Shown here in pieces: positions 1 to 10,244 of a DNA stretch of 64,000 nucleotides; position 1 is the stretch's first letter, and every line of letters begins with the position of its first letter. The notes under the pieces were generated by a model that made no database searches, was not told the DNA's origin, and saw only the letters and a program-made list of their open reading frames with translations. Position numbers and translations under genes: made by a program. Source of the DNA: an uncultured Elusimicrobia bacterium (GTDB taxonomy: Bacteria; Elusimicrobiota; Elusimicrobia; 2-02-FULL-39-32); assembly GCA_964523525.1 (NCBI GenBank), contig CAZFYO010000001.1:65068-129067 (forward strand). Direction: 5' to 3'.

Positions 1-343
1 TGCAGAGGTGGCCGATGCCTTCCTTGGAGCCGATCAGGCAAAGCGCTTCCTTGTTCGGGTCGATGTTCACGCCGAAACGGCTGTCCATCCATTCGGCCAC
101 GGCCTGGCGGAACTTGGGCATGCCCTTGGCCTGCGGGTAGCGGTGCGTTTTGGGATGGTCGCGCACCGTCTCGATGAGCCTCTCCACGATGTGCGGCGGC
201 GTGGGAAGGTCGGGGTTGCCCATGCCGAGGTCAATGACGTCCAGTTTTTTGGCGAAAGCTTCCAGCTTCAGGGCCGCGATGCGGGACAAAAAGTAGGGGG
301 GAAGCGACGACAGCTTTTTGGAATATTCGATGGTTTTCTTCAT
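1..343 (-). CDS. Class I/II PLP-dependent aminotransferase, N-terminal part (gene continues past the window start)
   Basis: Absent from the ORF track because it is open at the window edge. My reverse-strand translation from the ATG at 343-341 reads MKKTIEYSKKLSSLPPYFLSRIAALKLEAFAKKLDVIDLGMGNPDLPTPPHIVE..., which carries the DLGxGxPD motif of AspC/AlaT/DapL-type aminotransferases. The + ORF 8..364 is its antisense shadow. Confidence 0.8.
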   Translation of the reverse strand, partial: MKKTIEYSKKLSSLPPYFLSRIAALKLEAFAKKLDVIDLGMGNPDLPTPPHIVERLIETVRDHPKTHRYPQAKGMPKFRQAVAEWMDSRFGVNIDPNKEALCLIGSKEGIGHLC

Positions 344-370
344 GGCCGCCTGGAAAAATGTTAAATCTGG

Positions 371-673
371 TTAAAAAATCTTCGGAGCTTCTTCGCGGTC
401 CCGGACAATCCATTCCGGAAGGCGCCTGGCGTATTCCCAGCAGAGAAATCCGATGCCCGCGCAGGCCAGGCCGAAAGCCGTCTCAAAACCGCTCCAGCGG
501 AGCCACTGCGCCTGCGTTACGAACTGCCAGCGTTCCAGCGAATAGTAATTGGCTTCCGGCTCGCCGGCAAAAGCGTGGTACAGCCCCAACGCGGTCATCA
601 GGCAGCCCCACACCATGAATATCCAGCCCGCGATTTGAACCAACCCGCGGATCTTGATCTTTTCGGTCGGCAT
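371..673 (-). CDS. Small hypothetical membrane protein
   Basis: 100-aa ORF with two hydrophobic segments (GLVQIAGWIFMVWGCLMTALGLY and TAFGLACAGIGFLCW). It abuts the HU gene (1-nt overlap at 673). No family recognised. Confidence 0.5.
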   Translation of the reverse strand: MPTEKIKIRGLVQIAGWIFMVWGCLMTALGLYHAFAGEPEANYYSLERWQFVTQAQWLRWSGFETAFGLACAGIGFLCWEYARRLPEWIVRDREEAPKIF

Positions 674-963
674 TACGCCTGCGGCTCTTGCGATTTGACG
701 AGCTGCTTGAACGAGAGGCTGGGCTTGAACGAGATTTTTTTGCCCGCGGGGAGCTGGACCGTCTCTCCGGTCTGGAGATTGCGCGCGGGTTTGGCTTTGC
801 GCGCCTTGATGCGGAAGGTCCCGAGCCCCGTCAGCGTCACCTTGTCGCCCGTCTGGATGGATTCGCCGATCGTCTTCACAAGCGATTTGATCACGCGCTT
901 CGCCACTTCATGCTTCACGCGCGACTTTTCCGCCACTTTGGATATGAGTTCGTCTTTTTTCAT
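673..963 (-). CDS. hup: HU/IHF-family DNA-binding protein
   Basis: 96 aa. MKKDELISKVAEK...VTLTGLGTFRIKARKAKPARNLQTGETVQLPAGKKISFKPS is the classic HU beta-arm signature. Confidence 0.9.
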   Translation of the reverse strand: MKKDELISKVAEKSRVKHEVAKRVIKSLVKTIGESIQTGDKVTLTGLGTFRIKARKAKPARNLQTGETVQLPAGKKISFKPSLSFKQLVKSQEPQA

Positions 964-1637
964 GGTTTGTTCCCTGCCTGGTAATTGCTCATGTATGGCA
1001 ATTTCCCTGCGACGGCTTTGATCTGGTCCATGGCGCTCAGCAGTTCGGCGGTGGAGTCCCAGGTGCCTTCGGTCAGGGCTTTTCGGGTCTGGTCGGGCAT
1101 TTCAATGTTGAACGTGAAGTCGCCGCAGCTGGCGGTTTTCTTGACCAAATCAATCTTGATGGCGGAAGAGGGACTTTCCTTGACGAGACTCATCAGGCTT
1201 TCGATGTTCTCGTGGCTCGCGGCCATGATCGGCAGGCCGATCGCGGTGCAGTTATCGTGAAAAATTTCGGCGAAGGATTCTCCGATGATGGCGCGGATGC
1301 CCCAGCGGTAGAGCGATTGCGGCGCATGCTCGCGGCTTGAGCCGCATCCGAAGTTGCGGTTCACGATGAGCACCGTGCCTCCCTTGAACTTGGGGTTATT
1401 AAAGGAATGGTCCTTTTTGACGCCGTTCTCGCCGAAGCGCGCGTCATAAAAGGCGTATTGCCCCAGATCGTCGAAAGTGATGCATTTCATAAAGCGCGCC
1501 GGGATGATGCGGTCCGTGTCGATATCGTTGCCGGGCACGGGCACGCCTCGCCCTTCCACCGAGCGGATTTTCATCTCGTCCAGCGCTGACTTTGCTGCAG
1601 GGTGCTGATCGGCAGGCTTTTTTAATTTAGTTTTCAT
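960..1637 (-). CDS. leuD: 3-isopropylmalate dehydratase small subunit
   Basis: Contains DIDTDRIIPARF and NFGCGSSREHAPQ motifs. I start it at the internal ATG (MKTKLKKPAD..., 1637) because the ORF extension to 1694 reads into the palindromic spacer element. Confidence 0.9.
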   Translation of the reverse strand: MKTKLKKPADQHPAAKSALDEMKIRSVEGRGVPVPGNDIDTDRIIPARFMKCITFDDLGQYAFYDARFGENGVKKDHSFNNPKFKGGTVLIVNRNFGCGSSREHAPQSLYRWGIRAIIGESFAEIFHDNCTAIGLPIMAASHENIESLMSLVKESPSSAIKIDLVKKTASCGDFTFNIEMPDQTRKALTEGTWDSTAELLSAMDQIKAVAGKLPYMSNYQAGNKP

Positions 1638-1652
1638 GTTATGAAGAGGGAT

Positions 1653-1801
1653 TGATGTGAAAAATTTCAAAAGCGTCAGTGCGCTGGCGACCACCTAAAG
1701 GTGGCCTCGCTTCCAAAAAGATTAAGGAGGCGAGGTGTGCGCGCGAAGCGCACTGCCGGAGCGAGCCCGCTGGGCTCGCGCTTTTGAAATTTTTTACATC
1801 A
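1653..1801. repeat. Nested-palindrome element bounded by 23-bp inverted repeats in the leuC-leuD spacer
   Basis: Arms TGATGTGAAAAATTTCAAAAGCG (1653-1675) and CGCTTTTGAAATTTTTTACATCA (1779-1801) are complementary at 22 of 23 positions. Inner pairings: CAGTGCGCT 1677-1685 with AGCGCACTG 1747-1755; CCACC-TAAA-GGTGG 1691-1704; a 10-bp stem 1705-1714 with 1726-1735; GCGAGCCC-GCT-GGGCTCGC 1761-1779. Confidence 0.75.
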
Positions 1802-1823
1802 GTCCCGATTAGAATGTATGACA

Positions 1824-3227
<1,404 letters not shown>

Positions 3228-3228
3228 A

Positions 3229-3280
3229 AGAAAAAGGTCTGGTACCGTTCCTTAATTGTGTTCATAGGAAAACGGTGCCA
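3229..3280 (-). terminator. Putative intrinsic terminator after sdhB
   Basis: On the minus strand, GGCACCGTTTTCC (3280-3268) pairs with GGAACGGTACC (3251-3241) and is followed by AGACCTTTTTCTT. It lies between the sdhB stop (3318) and the leuC start (3227). Confidence 0.5.
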
Positions 3281-3317
3281 ATGTTCGCAAGCGCAATTTG
3301 ATTTCATATTTATCTTC

Positions 3318-4016
3318 CTAAATCTTTTCGTACAACAGTTTGCGTTTCACGTCGCCGATGGCGCCCGTTACGTCGATATCTTTCGGGCAGGCGTCGGAAC
3401 AGTTGAAGACGGTGCGGCAGCGCCACACGCCTTCGCGCCCGTTCAGCGTTTCAAGGCGCTCTTCGGAGCCCTTGTCGCGCGAGTCAAAAATAAAGCGATG
3501 CGCCTGAACGATAGCCGCGGGCCCGACGTAGTTGGGGTCGGACCAGAACGAGGGGCAGGACGTGGTGCAGCAGGCGCAGAGGATGCACTTCGTCGTGTCG
3601 TCAAAGCGGGCGCGCTCTTTGGGCGACTGCAGGCGCTCCTTTTCCGGAGCTCCTTCGTCGTTGATCAAATAGGGTTTGATGGAGCGGTACTTTTCAAAAA
3701 ACGGGTCCATGTCCACGACCAAATCTTTCTTAATCTTAAAGCCCATCATGGGCTCGATCACGATCGGCTGCTTCAAGCTCTTGATGAGCACTTTGCAGGC
3801 CAGGCGGTTCTGCCCGTTGATGCGCATGCCGTCCGAACCGCAGACGCCGTGGGCGCAAGATTTGCGCAGCGTTAACGTGCCGTCAAAGTCGTCTTTGACC
3901 GCCAAAATGGCGTCCAGGACGCGGTCCGTGGGCTCGGCTTCCACCGTAAAATCCTGATAATAAGGGACCTTGTCCTTATCCGGATTATAGCGTTGAATTT
4001 TCAGCGCGACTTTCAT
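3318..4016 (-). CDS. sdhB: Succinate dehydrogenase/fumarate reductase iron-sulfur subunit
   Basis: Three Cys clusters are present (CAHGVCGSDGMRINGQNRLAC, CILCACCTTSCP, CRTVFNCSDACPK). Overlaps the sdhA stop by 1 nt. Confidence 0.92.
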   Translation of the reverse strand: MKVALKIQRYNPDKDKVPYYQDFTVEAEPTDRVLDAILAVKDDFDGTLTLRKSCAHGVCGSDGMRINGQNRLACKVLIKSLKQPIVIEPMMGFKIKKDLVVDMDPFFEKYRSIKPYLINDEGAPEKERLQSPKERARFDDTTKCILCACCTTSCPSFWSDPNYVGPAAIVQAHRFIFDSRDKGSEERLETLNGREGVWRCRTVFNCSDACPKDIDVTGAIGDVKRKLLYEKI

Positions 4017-5758
4017 TAATATTTTCGTTCCTGCGGGGTAAATTTCCCCAAAACAACGGGTTTATAGGATAATTTTACACCTTTATCCGACAGGGTCGCA
4101 AGAGTATGCTTGAGCCAGGAGGCATCGTCCCTCTTTTGATAATCGTCGCGGGCATGCGCCCCGCGCGACTCCGTGCGGGCAATGGCGCTGGCGACCGTGA
4201 CTTCGGAGAGGTCGAGCAGGTTACCCAACTCCATGGCTTCCAACAAATCCGAGTTGAAAACAGAGCTCTTATCTGAGACCCCCACATTGAGATATCGCTT
4301 CCTGAGGGTCTGGATTTCAGTGAGGCACTCGCGCATTTCCTTGTCGATCCGGAAGACGCCGCACTTGTCCATCATGACTTCCTGCATCTGTTTGCGCAGC
4401 GGGCCGACTTTCTCGGTGCCCGAACCGTTCATTAACTTGGCGATCTGCGCCACCACAAATTTTTCCGGTTCGGCGGGGAGCGGGGCGAAATCGTTCGCCC
4501 GGCAGTACTTTGCCATCGATAAACCGGCGCGGCGACCGAAGACCAGGATGTCCACCAGCGAATTGGTCCCGAGCCGATTGCCTCCATGGACCGAGACGCA
4601 GGCCACTTCGCCCGCGGCGTAAAATCCTTTGAACGGCGTGTTTTTATCGTCGTAAACCACTTCCGAATCCTTGTTGGTCGGAATGCCGCCCATGGCGTAA
4701 TGCGCCGTGGGCTGGATGGGAATCAAATCTTTCTTGGGCTCGAGGCCCATGTAGGTGCGGACGAAATCGGCGATGTCGGGCAGCTTTTTCTCGATGACGT
4801 CGGCGTCGAGATGCGTTAAATCCAAATGCACGTAATCTTTGCCGTCGATGCCGTTGCCGGCCCGCACTTCCGTGTGGATGCAGCGGGACACGATGTCGCG
4901 CGGCGCCAAATCTTTAATAGTCGGAGCGTAACGTTCCATGAACCGTTCGCCCGTCCGGTTGCGCAAAATGCCGCCTTCGCCGCGGCAGGCTTCGGAAAGC
5001 AGGATGCCCATCTTGTAGATGCCGGTCGGATGGAACTGGAAGAACTCCATGTCTTCGAGCGGAATTCCGTGGCGGAGCGCGATGGCCATGCCGTCGCCGG
5101 TGAGCGCATGGGCGTTGGACGTGATCTTGAACATCCGGCCCGATCCGCCCGTGGCGAACAGCACCGACTTCGCGTGGAAAATGTGGATGTCGCCCGTCGC
5201 GACAGCGATGGCGACGACGCCGCGGCAAACGTGATTTTCTTCGATCAGGTCCACGACGTGGAACTCGTCAAAGAACTTCACTTCATTTTTGATGCACTGC
5301 TGGTAGAGCGTCTGCAAAATCATGTGGCCCGTGCGGTCCGCGGCGAAGCAGGAGCGCTGTACCGGCCCCTTGCCGTGGTCGCGAGTGTGGCCGCCGAAGC
5401 GCCGCTGGTCGATCTTGCCGTCTTCGGTGCGGTTGAACGGCAGGCCGAGATGTTCGAGCTCGTAAACCGTGGTAACGGCTTCGTTGCACAGCACTTCCAC
5501 CGCGTCCTGATCGGCCAGATAGTCCGATCCCTTTACGGTGTCGTACATGTGCCATTCGGGATGATCTTCCTCGCGGTTGGCTAACGCCGCGCCAATGCCG
5601 CCCTGCGCGGCACCCGTATGGGAACGCGTGGGATAAAGTTTGGAAAGGACCGCGGTCTGGACCTGAGCCTGGGAGAGCGCTAACGCGGCATAAAGCCCCG
5701 CTCCGCCTCCGCCGACGACGATCGCTTCGTATTTGTGATAGATGGGCGCTTTGCTCAT
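4016..5758 (-). CDS. sdhA: Succinate dehydrogenase/fumarate reductase flavoprotein subunit
   Basis: 580 aa. FAD-binding VVGGGGAGLYAAL, the covalent-FAD histidine context RSHTGAAQGGI, and HPTG and RGEGG motifs. Confidence 0.95.
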   Translation of the reverse strand: MSKAPIYHKYEAIVVGGGGAGLYAALALSQAQVQTAVLSKLYPTRSHTGAAQGGIGAALANREEDHPEWHMYDTVKGSDYLADQDAVEVLCNEAVTTVYELEHLGLPFNRTEDGKIDQRRFGGHTRDHGKGPVQRSCFAADRTGHMILQTLYQQCIKNEVKFFDEFHVVDLIEENHVCRGVVAIAVATGDIHIFHAKSVLFATGGSGRMFKITSNAHALTGDGMAIALRHGIPLEDMEFFQFHPTGIYKMGILLSEACRGEGGILRNRTGERFMERYAPTIKDLAPRDIVSRCIHTEVRAGNGIDGKDYVHLDLTHLDADVIEKKLPDIADFVRTYMGLEPKKDLIPIQPTAHYAMGGIPTNKDSEVVYDDKNTPFKGFYAAGEVACVSVHGGNRLGTNSLVDILVFGRRAGLSMAKYCRANDFAPLPAEPEKFVVAQIAKLMNGSGTEKVGPLRKQMQEVMMDKCGVFRIDKEMRECLTEIQTLRKRYLNVGVSDKSSVFNSDLLEAMELGNLLDLSEVTVASAIARTESRGAHARDDYQKRDDASWLKHTLATLSDKGVKLSYKPVVLGKFTPQERKY

Positions 5759-5780
5759 GGGAGTTATTCTGAGGTCATCC

Positions 5781-6173
5781 TTACTGCGGCTGGAACGTTA
5801 CGATCACCATCAGTCCGATGACGGTGAAGACGAATCCGAGGACGTAGAGTAGAGCCAAAGCGAGGGTCCGAATGCCTCCGGGACGCAGATAATCGTCGAT
5901 GATGACGCGCAGGCCGTTCAATCCGTGAAGCAGGGCCAGCAGGAGCAGGAGCGCGTCATAGATCCGCCAGAAGGGAGTGGACCAGCGTTCCGCCACAAAC
6001 CAGTAATCGATCACGTCAATGCTGTTGATGATGTGCATGATCACCATATGCCCGACCGCGAGGAACAGGAGCGCCACGCCCGAAATACGCATGAAAAACC
6101 AGGCGAAAAGCTCGAAATTGTTATCGGTGGGGGCGGGACGGCCGCGGCGGAAATCTGTGGGCTGAGCGGGCAT
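5781..6173 (-). CDS. sdhD: Succinate dehydrogenase membrane anchor subunit (SdhD-like)
   Basis: 130 aa with three hydrophobic helices, positioned between sdhC and sdhA. Assigned by context and topology. Confidence 0.7.
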   Translation of the reverse strand: MPAQPTDFRRGRPAPTDNNFELFAWFFMRISGVALLFLAVGHMVIMHIINSIDVIDYWFVAERWSTPFWRIYDALLLLLALLHGLNGLRVIIDDYLRPGGIRTLALALLYVLGFVFTVIGLMVIVTFQPQ

Positions 6174-6174
6174 A

Positions 6175-6522
6175 TTAATGTTGGAACAGCATGATGTAGG
6201 TGACGGGACCCATGCAGCCGAGGGTCAGGGCAGCCACTGCCCACATCATTTCCTTATGGTATTTCGTGCCGTTTGGCCAAAAGTCCACCAGGATGATCCG
6301 GACGCCGTTGAACGAGTGATAAAGGACCGCGCCAAAAAGGCCCACTTCAGCGAACTTAAAAACAGGATTGCGGAACATTTCGATCACGCGGTTGTAGGCA
6401 TCCGGTCCCCAGCCTACCAGCATGGTATCCAGGATATGGATGAATAAAAACAGCAGGACGCCCACGCCGGTCAGGCGATGGAAAATCCAGGACCATTGTC
6501 CCTCTTTACCGCGGTACATCAT
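6175..6522 (-). CDS. sdhC: Succinate dehydrogenase cytochrome b subunit (SdhC-like)
   Basis: 115 aa with three hydrophobic helices and the conserved HRLTGVG and SFNGVR contexts. First gene of the sdh cluster. Confidence 0.75.
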   Translation of the reverse strand: MMYRGKEGQWSWIFHRLTGVGVLLFLFIHILDTMLVGWGPDAYNRVIEMFRNPVFKFAEVGLFGAVLYHSFNGVRIILVDFWPNGTKYHKEMMWAVAALTLGCMGPVTYIMLFQH

Positions 6523-6572
6523 GATATGTTTTTTGCCTCAGGGTGATATTGAGTTGAAAAATGATACCAAAA

Positions 6573-8102
6573 CTAAAATGGATAATCAATTCCGACGAAA
6601 AGCGCGGTGCCCTCGTCGCTGAAGCCGAGGTCGATCACCCCCACGACGTTAGGACGCACGACCGAACGAAACCCGACCCCGCCGACGTGATGCAGCTCCG
6701 AGAGCATGAATTGATCGTTCTCGCTGAACACGTCGCCGGCTTCGTAGAATGGAGTCACCTCAAAGTCGACGTTCACGTTGAACGCTTTCAGCGTATAGAA
6801 CCGGATGCGCTCTTCCAGGTGGAAGCTGGCCTTCTTGCGGTCCACAAAGCGCGCGTCGCCGAACCCGCGGAGCGAGTCCTTGCCGCCCAGGAGAGATTGC
6901 TCGTAGAAAGGAACGTTGAATCCGTCGATCCCTTCGCCCATCAGCCGCCAGCCCGTGACGAGTCGGTTGTTGACCGCGGGGTAAAATCCGCGCAGTTCCG
7001 CTCCGCTTCGGACGTATTTGCTGTCGCCGCCCATATAGCGGCCTGCGTTCTCCACGAATGCGCTGATGTAATGCCCCCGCACCGGAGCGATGGGCAGGTC
7101 GCGCGAGTCGTAAGACAGCGTGATGCGCTGGGCGGACGTGTCCAGGGTCTGGTCCACGCCCGGCGAAAGTGGCCGCAGCGATGAGATTCTGGGAAGGCCG
7201 TCAAGCGGGCCGTCCACGGCGATGGCCCGGCGAATGCGGTGCGATAAGATCGCGCGGAGGTTTCCGAGAAAGTTGACGCCGGTGTGGACCTGCAGGTGAT
7301 TGTCGCGCAGGGTATAGGTGGCCTGGTCGCTTTCCTGCGAGTTCCGGCCGATCCCGTAAAAGCGGTTCGACCCTTCGAATTGATGATTGAAGTCGAACTT
7401 GAAATAGAACCAGTCCGCGAAAAACCGGGGGTCTTCGTAGCGCAGGGTCGCGCGCCGGTTGGTCTCAAGCGCATAGGAGCCCAGGGCGAAAAGCTGCGCC
7501 CCCGGCCGGGGATACCAGTAATAGCGCAGCGTGGTCGTCATCCTGAAAATCTTGTTGTACGTGATGGACGGCGCGAAGATGTGCCGTACCGCCTCCTGCT
7601 TGTCAACGAACAAAAACACTGGAAGCAAGCCGACCGTCAATCCCGAGTTGGGGTCGGAGGATGGCGCGGGCAGGTAAACCCGCGTTTTTCCCGGCGAGGC
7701 GGCGATCATCACGTTGATAAGGCCCTGCAGCATCCGGCCTCCGAGCGAATGCGCGCCCTTTACGGCGACCTTGGTTTCTTCGACAGCCACGTGCGCCGTT
7801 TTTGAAACCGCGTCGTGCATTTCTTCTTCGATCTTCTGGATTTTGGGCGGCATTTTGGCTCGGGCCCGTTCGCGAAGATTTTGCTTCGGCCTGGCATTCG
7901 CCGGGGGAGCCGCCGCCGGCGAGGACGCCGGGATCGCCAGCGTGGCGGTGGAGCCCGAAACAGACTGCGCTCCCGGCGATTCGGTCTGGCTGTCCGGCGC
8001 CGCCGCGGAAAGTTTTTCCGCTGCGCCGCACAGAATCGCGCCGGCGATCCATAATGAGCCGATGGGAATTATCAGCCTCGTTTTTTTGAAGGGCGTCTTC
8101 AT
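6573..8102 (-). CDS. Omp85/surface-antigen (D15) family outer-membrane beta-barrel, no recognisable POTRA region
   Basis: Starts at MKTPFKKTRLIIPIGSLWIAGAILCGA (signal peptide). That ATG overlaps the upstream stop as ATGA (8099-8102). Long alternating beta-strand region ending ...ALFVGIDYPF (C-terminal Phe). An Ala/Pro/Ser-rich linker follows the signal peptide. The ORF extension to 8354 is rejected. Confidence 0.8.
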   Translation of the reverse strand: MKTPFKKTRLIIPIGSLWIAGAILCGAAEKLSAAAPDSQTESPGAQSVSGSTATLAIPASSPAAAPPANARPKQNLRERARAKMPPKIQKIEEEMHDAVSKTAHVAVEETKVAVKGAHSLGGRMLQGLINVMIAASPGKTRVYLPAPSSDPNSGLTVGLLPVFLFVDKQEAVRHIFAPSITYNKIFRMTTTLRYYWYPRPGAQLFALGSYALETNRRATLRYEDPRFFADWFYFKFDFNHQFEGSNRFYGIGRNSQESDQATYTLRDNHLQVHTGVNFLGNLRAILSHRIRRAIAVDGPLDGLPRISSLRPLSPGVDQTLDTSAQRITLSYDSRDLPIAPVRGHYISAFVENAGRYMGGDSKYVRSGAELRGFYPAVNNRLVTGWRLMGEGIDGFNVPFYEQSLLGGKDSLRGFGDARFVDRKKASFHLEERIRFYTLKAFNVNVDFEVTPFYEAGDVFSENDQFMLSELHHVGGVGFRSVVRPNVVGVIDLGFSDEGTALFVGIDYPF

Positions 8103-9115
8103 GCTTTTGCCGCCGGGGACTGCGTGGAGGCGCTCACGGTTTCGGCCGCGAAGAGCGCCAGGCCCAGAAAGACCCAGAAAATTTCGGCGAGGCGGCGCAG
8201 GATGGCAACGGAAAGTCCCGCGGGTTCGGAGAGGTTGAGGATCGTAAAAGTGAGCACCATGGTTCCTTCCTGGGTGCCGGCCTTCCAGGGAACGAAAAAG
8301 AAAAATGAACTGAGCAGCATGGAGAGCGTGGCAATCAGCACGGGCACGATCCAATGTTCCTGCATGTTGAGGAGATCCAGCGCGATCCAGATGAAAAGCA
8401 TCGTCTCGGCCCAGCCGAGCGCGCAGAGCAGGATCGCCGAGAAAATCCGTTTCGGCTTTGAGCGGTACGTTTCGATGATGTGTTCGTCCAGCCGCGCGAC
8501 GCGCGCAACCTGGTTCGAGACCCAGTCGCGCTCGGCTTCGATCTTTTCGAGCAGCCAGGAGACGATCCGGAAAAATCCGAAGCGCTGCAGCCGCGAGAAC
8601 GACACCAGCAGTATGCCGAAAGCGGCGAGTCCCAGTCCCACCCGGGCCTTCAGCTGGCTATCCACGTCGGTGTTGAAGAAGGTCACCAGAAATCCCGCCG
8701 CGACCGCGAGCCAGAACCCGAAGAGGTTGCAGAATTTCAGCACCACCACCGACGCCGCCGACGCCGCGAGGTTGGTTTTCTCGCGGATCGAAAAGGCTTT
8801 GAGCGGCTCGCCGCCGACGCGCGTGAGCGTGATGTAGTTCAGAGAGTCTCCCTGCAGAGTGGCGCGGAACAATTTCCACAAACCGATCTCCCGGCCTTCC
8901 TTGGCGAGAATAAAGCGCCAGGCCAGCGTGTCCATCAGATAAGGAATGCTGGACAGCATCACCAGGAGGATGAATCCCCAGCCGACCTGGTGCAGGTTTT
9001 GGCCGACGCGGGAGGGGCCGAGGCGGTAGATCATCCAGCCCACGATGCCCAGGCCGAAAATCCCGAAGGCCCTCTCGAATTTGAGGATCAGTTCGTCCGA
9101 AAAGTTCAGTTTCAC
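8099..9115 (-). CDS. Polytopic membrane protein, flippase-like/lysyl-PG-synthase TM-region-like (UPF0104-type)
   Basis: 338 aa with about 8 hydrophobic helices. The N-terminal pattern (...GLGIVGWMIYRLGPSRVGQNLHQVGWGFILLVMLSS...DTLAWRFIL) resembles that family by eye. Translationally coupled to the Omp85 gene. Confidence 0.6.
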   Translation of the reverse strand: MKLNFSDELILKFERAFGIFGLGIVGWMIYRLGPSRVGQNLHQVGWGFILLVMLSSIPYLMDTLAWRFILAKEGREIGLWKLFRATLQGDSLNYITLTRVGGEPLKAFSIREKTNLAASAASVVVLKFCNLFGFWLAVAAGFLVTFFNTDVDSQLKARVGLGLAAFGILLVSFSRLQRFGFFRIVSWLLEKIEAERDWVSNQVARVARLDEHIIETYRSKPKRIFSAILLCALGWAETMLFIWIALDLLNMQEHWIVPVLIATLSMLLSSFFFFVPWKAGTQEGTMVLTFTILNLSEPAGLSVAILRRLAEIFWVFLGLALFAAETVSASTQSPAAKA

Positions 9116-9117
9116 GT

Positions 9118-10227
9118 TTATTTTCTTGCGATAGAGAGCAGCAGCAGCGTGTCGATCACGCCCCAGATGAGCCAGAGCGCGAAGATGATGTCCAGCAGTA
9201 TGAAAAAATTGGTCGACAGAAATTCCCGGGCCTGGTTATAGGTCTCCTCGATGCGGGACAGCTTGATGTCCACCGTTTTGTAAAGCTCGTCGATGTTGAA
9301 CGCCTTGGCGACGTCCTTGTAGATCGTGCGCAGGTGCCAGTCGGAATCCACCTTGGGGATGTTCGTCGAAACGTTGTAAAGAGAATCCACGATGGATATC
9401 TTGTCCTTGCCGAAAGCGATGGCTTCCGAGGAAAACTTCTGATAGTTGGACGGAAAATTCCAGAACTTGTAATAAGGCGGCAGGTTTTCCAGCAGTTTCT
9501 GTGCGCTGTCCGTCTCGCTGTTCAGCACGAAGTGGTACGACTTCAGGCTCCAATACTGCGCGTACGTGAGGGCGATCAGGTCGAGGATGGTTTCGTATTC
9601 GGAGGAAGAGATCACGGCGCCGAAGCGTTTCAGCAAAATAATCTGGTTTTCGTAGTATCCGAAGTTGCCGAGCGGTTCGCGCTGGAAAACAAAGTCGGAC
9701 AGCATGTCAAAGTTCGGCTCGCCGGCCACGACGCCGTACAGCGCCTTGTAGTTTTTACGGATGAACGCGTCTGCGTTCTGGACGTCGTCCGGATCGATGA
9801 TGAAAACGGGAAAAATATCGGACTCTTCGAGGCGCATATCGTAGCGGTGGATGGCGAACGCCTGCGCCCGGGCGGCCAGCTCGATCACCCGGGACTGGCA
9901 CCATTCCAGGATCGCGGATTTGCCGACCATCATTTTTTCGGTGTTGCAGGAAATGTCGGCGCATTCGGCGACGTCCAGGTCCGCGGTGAACTTGATCTGG
10001 ATGATGCCGGTGCCGAAGCGGTAGAGGTGCGACTCGGTCTGGGCCCCCGAGAACTCCCGGCCCCCCAGCGAAAGCGCCGGCAGGTCGTGCGTGGAGATCT
10101 CGTGGACGATGCTCTGCGTCCCCTCGCTCGTGAAATCGAGCTCGAGGCCGAGGTCGAAGGGGAAAAGCAGGACCACGTGGGTCTGCATGTTCCGCTTCTC
10201 GTGCGTTTTTTCTTTCGCGTGAGTCAT
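9118..10227 (-). CDS. Hypothetical protein with a C-terminal transmembrane helix
   Basis: 369-aa ORF with normal coding composition and a single C-terminal TM (NFFILLDIIFALWLIWGVIDTLLLLS). No confident family assignment. Confidence 0.55.
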   Translation of the reverse strand: MTHAKEKTHEKRNMQTHVVLLFPFDLGLELDFTSEGTQSIVHEISTHDLPALSLGGREFSGAQTESHLYRFGTGIIQIKFTADLDVAECADISCNTEKMMVGKSAILEWCQSRVIELAARAQAFAIHRYDMRLEESDIFPVFIIDPDDVQNADAFIRKNYKALYGVVAGEPNFDMLSDFVFQREPLGNFGYYENQIILLKRFGAVISSSEYETILDLIALTYAQYWSLKSYHFVLNSETDSAQKLLENLPPYYKFWNFPSNYQKFSSEAIAFGKDKISIVDSLYNVSTNIPKVDSDWHLRTIYKDVAKAFNIDELYKTVDIKLSRIEETYNQAREFLSTNFFILLDIIFALWLIWGVIDTLLLLSIARK

Positions 10228-10244
10228 TTCGGTCCGGTTCGGGA

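Noticed and set aside
8-364. Plus-strand 118-aa ORF at the window start.
   Set aside because: The opposite strand encodes a clear aminotransferase N-terminus with the DLGMGNPD motif. The plus ORF has antisense-type composition.
6573-8354. N-terminal ORF extensions in the track: Omp85 to 8354, metH to 41938, tgt to 43878, leuD to 1694, hemD from 21774 and folK from 14566.
   Set aside because: The extensions overlap upstream genes or spacers, have Arg/Pro-rich non-protein-like composition, and lie upstream of internal ATGs that give canonical family N-termini, often with ATGA coupling.
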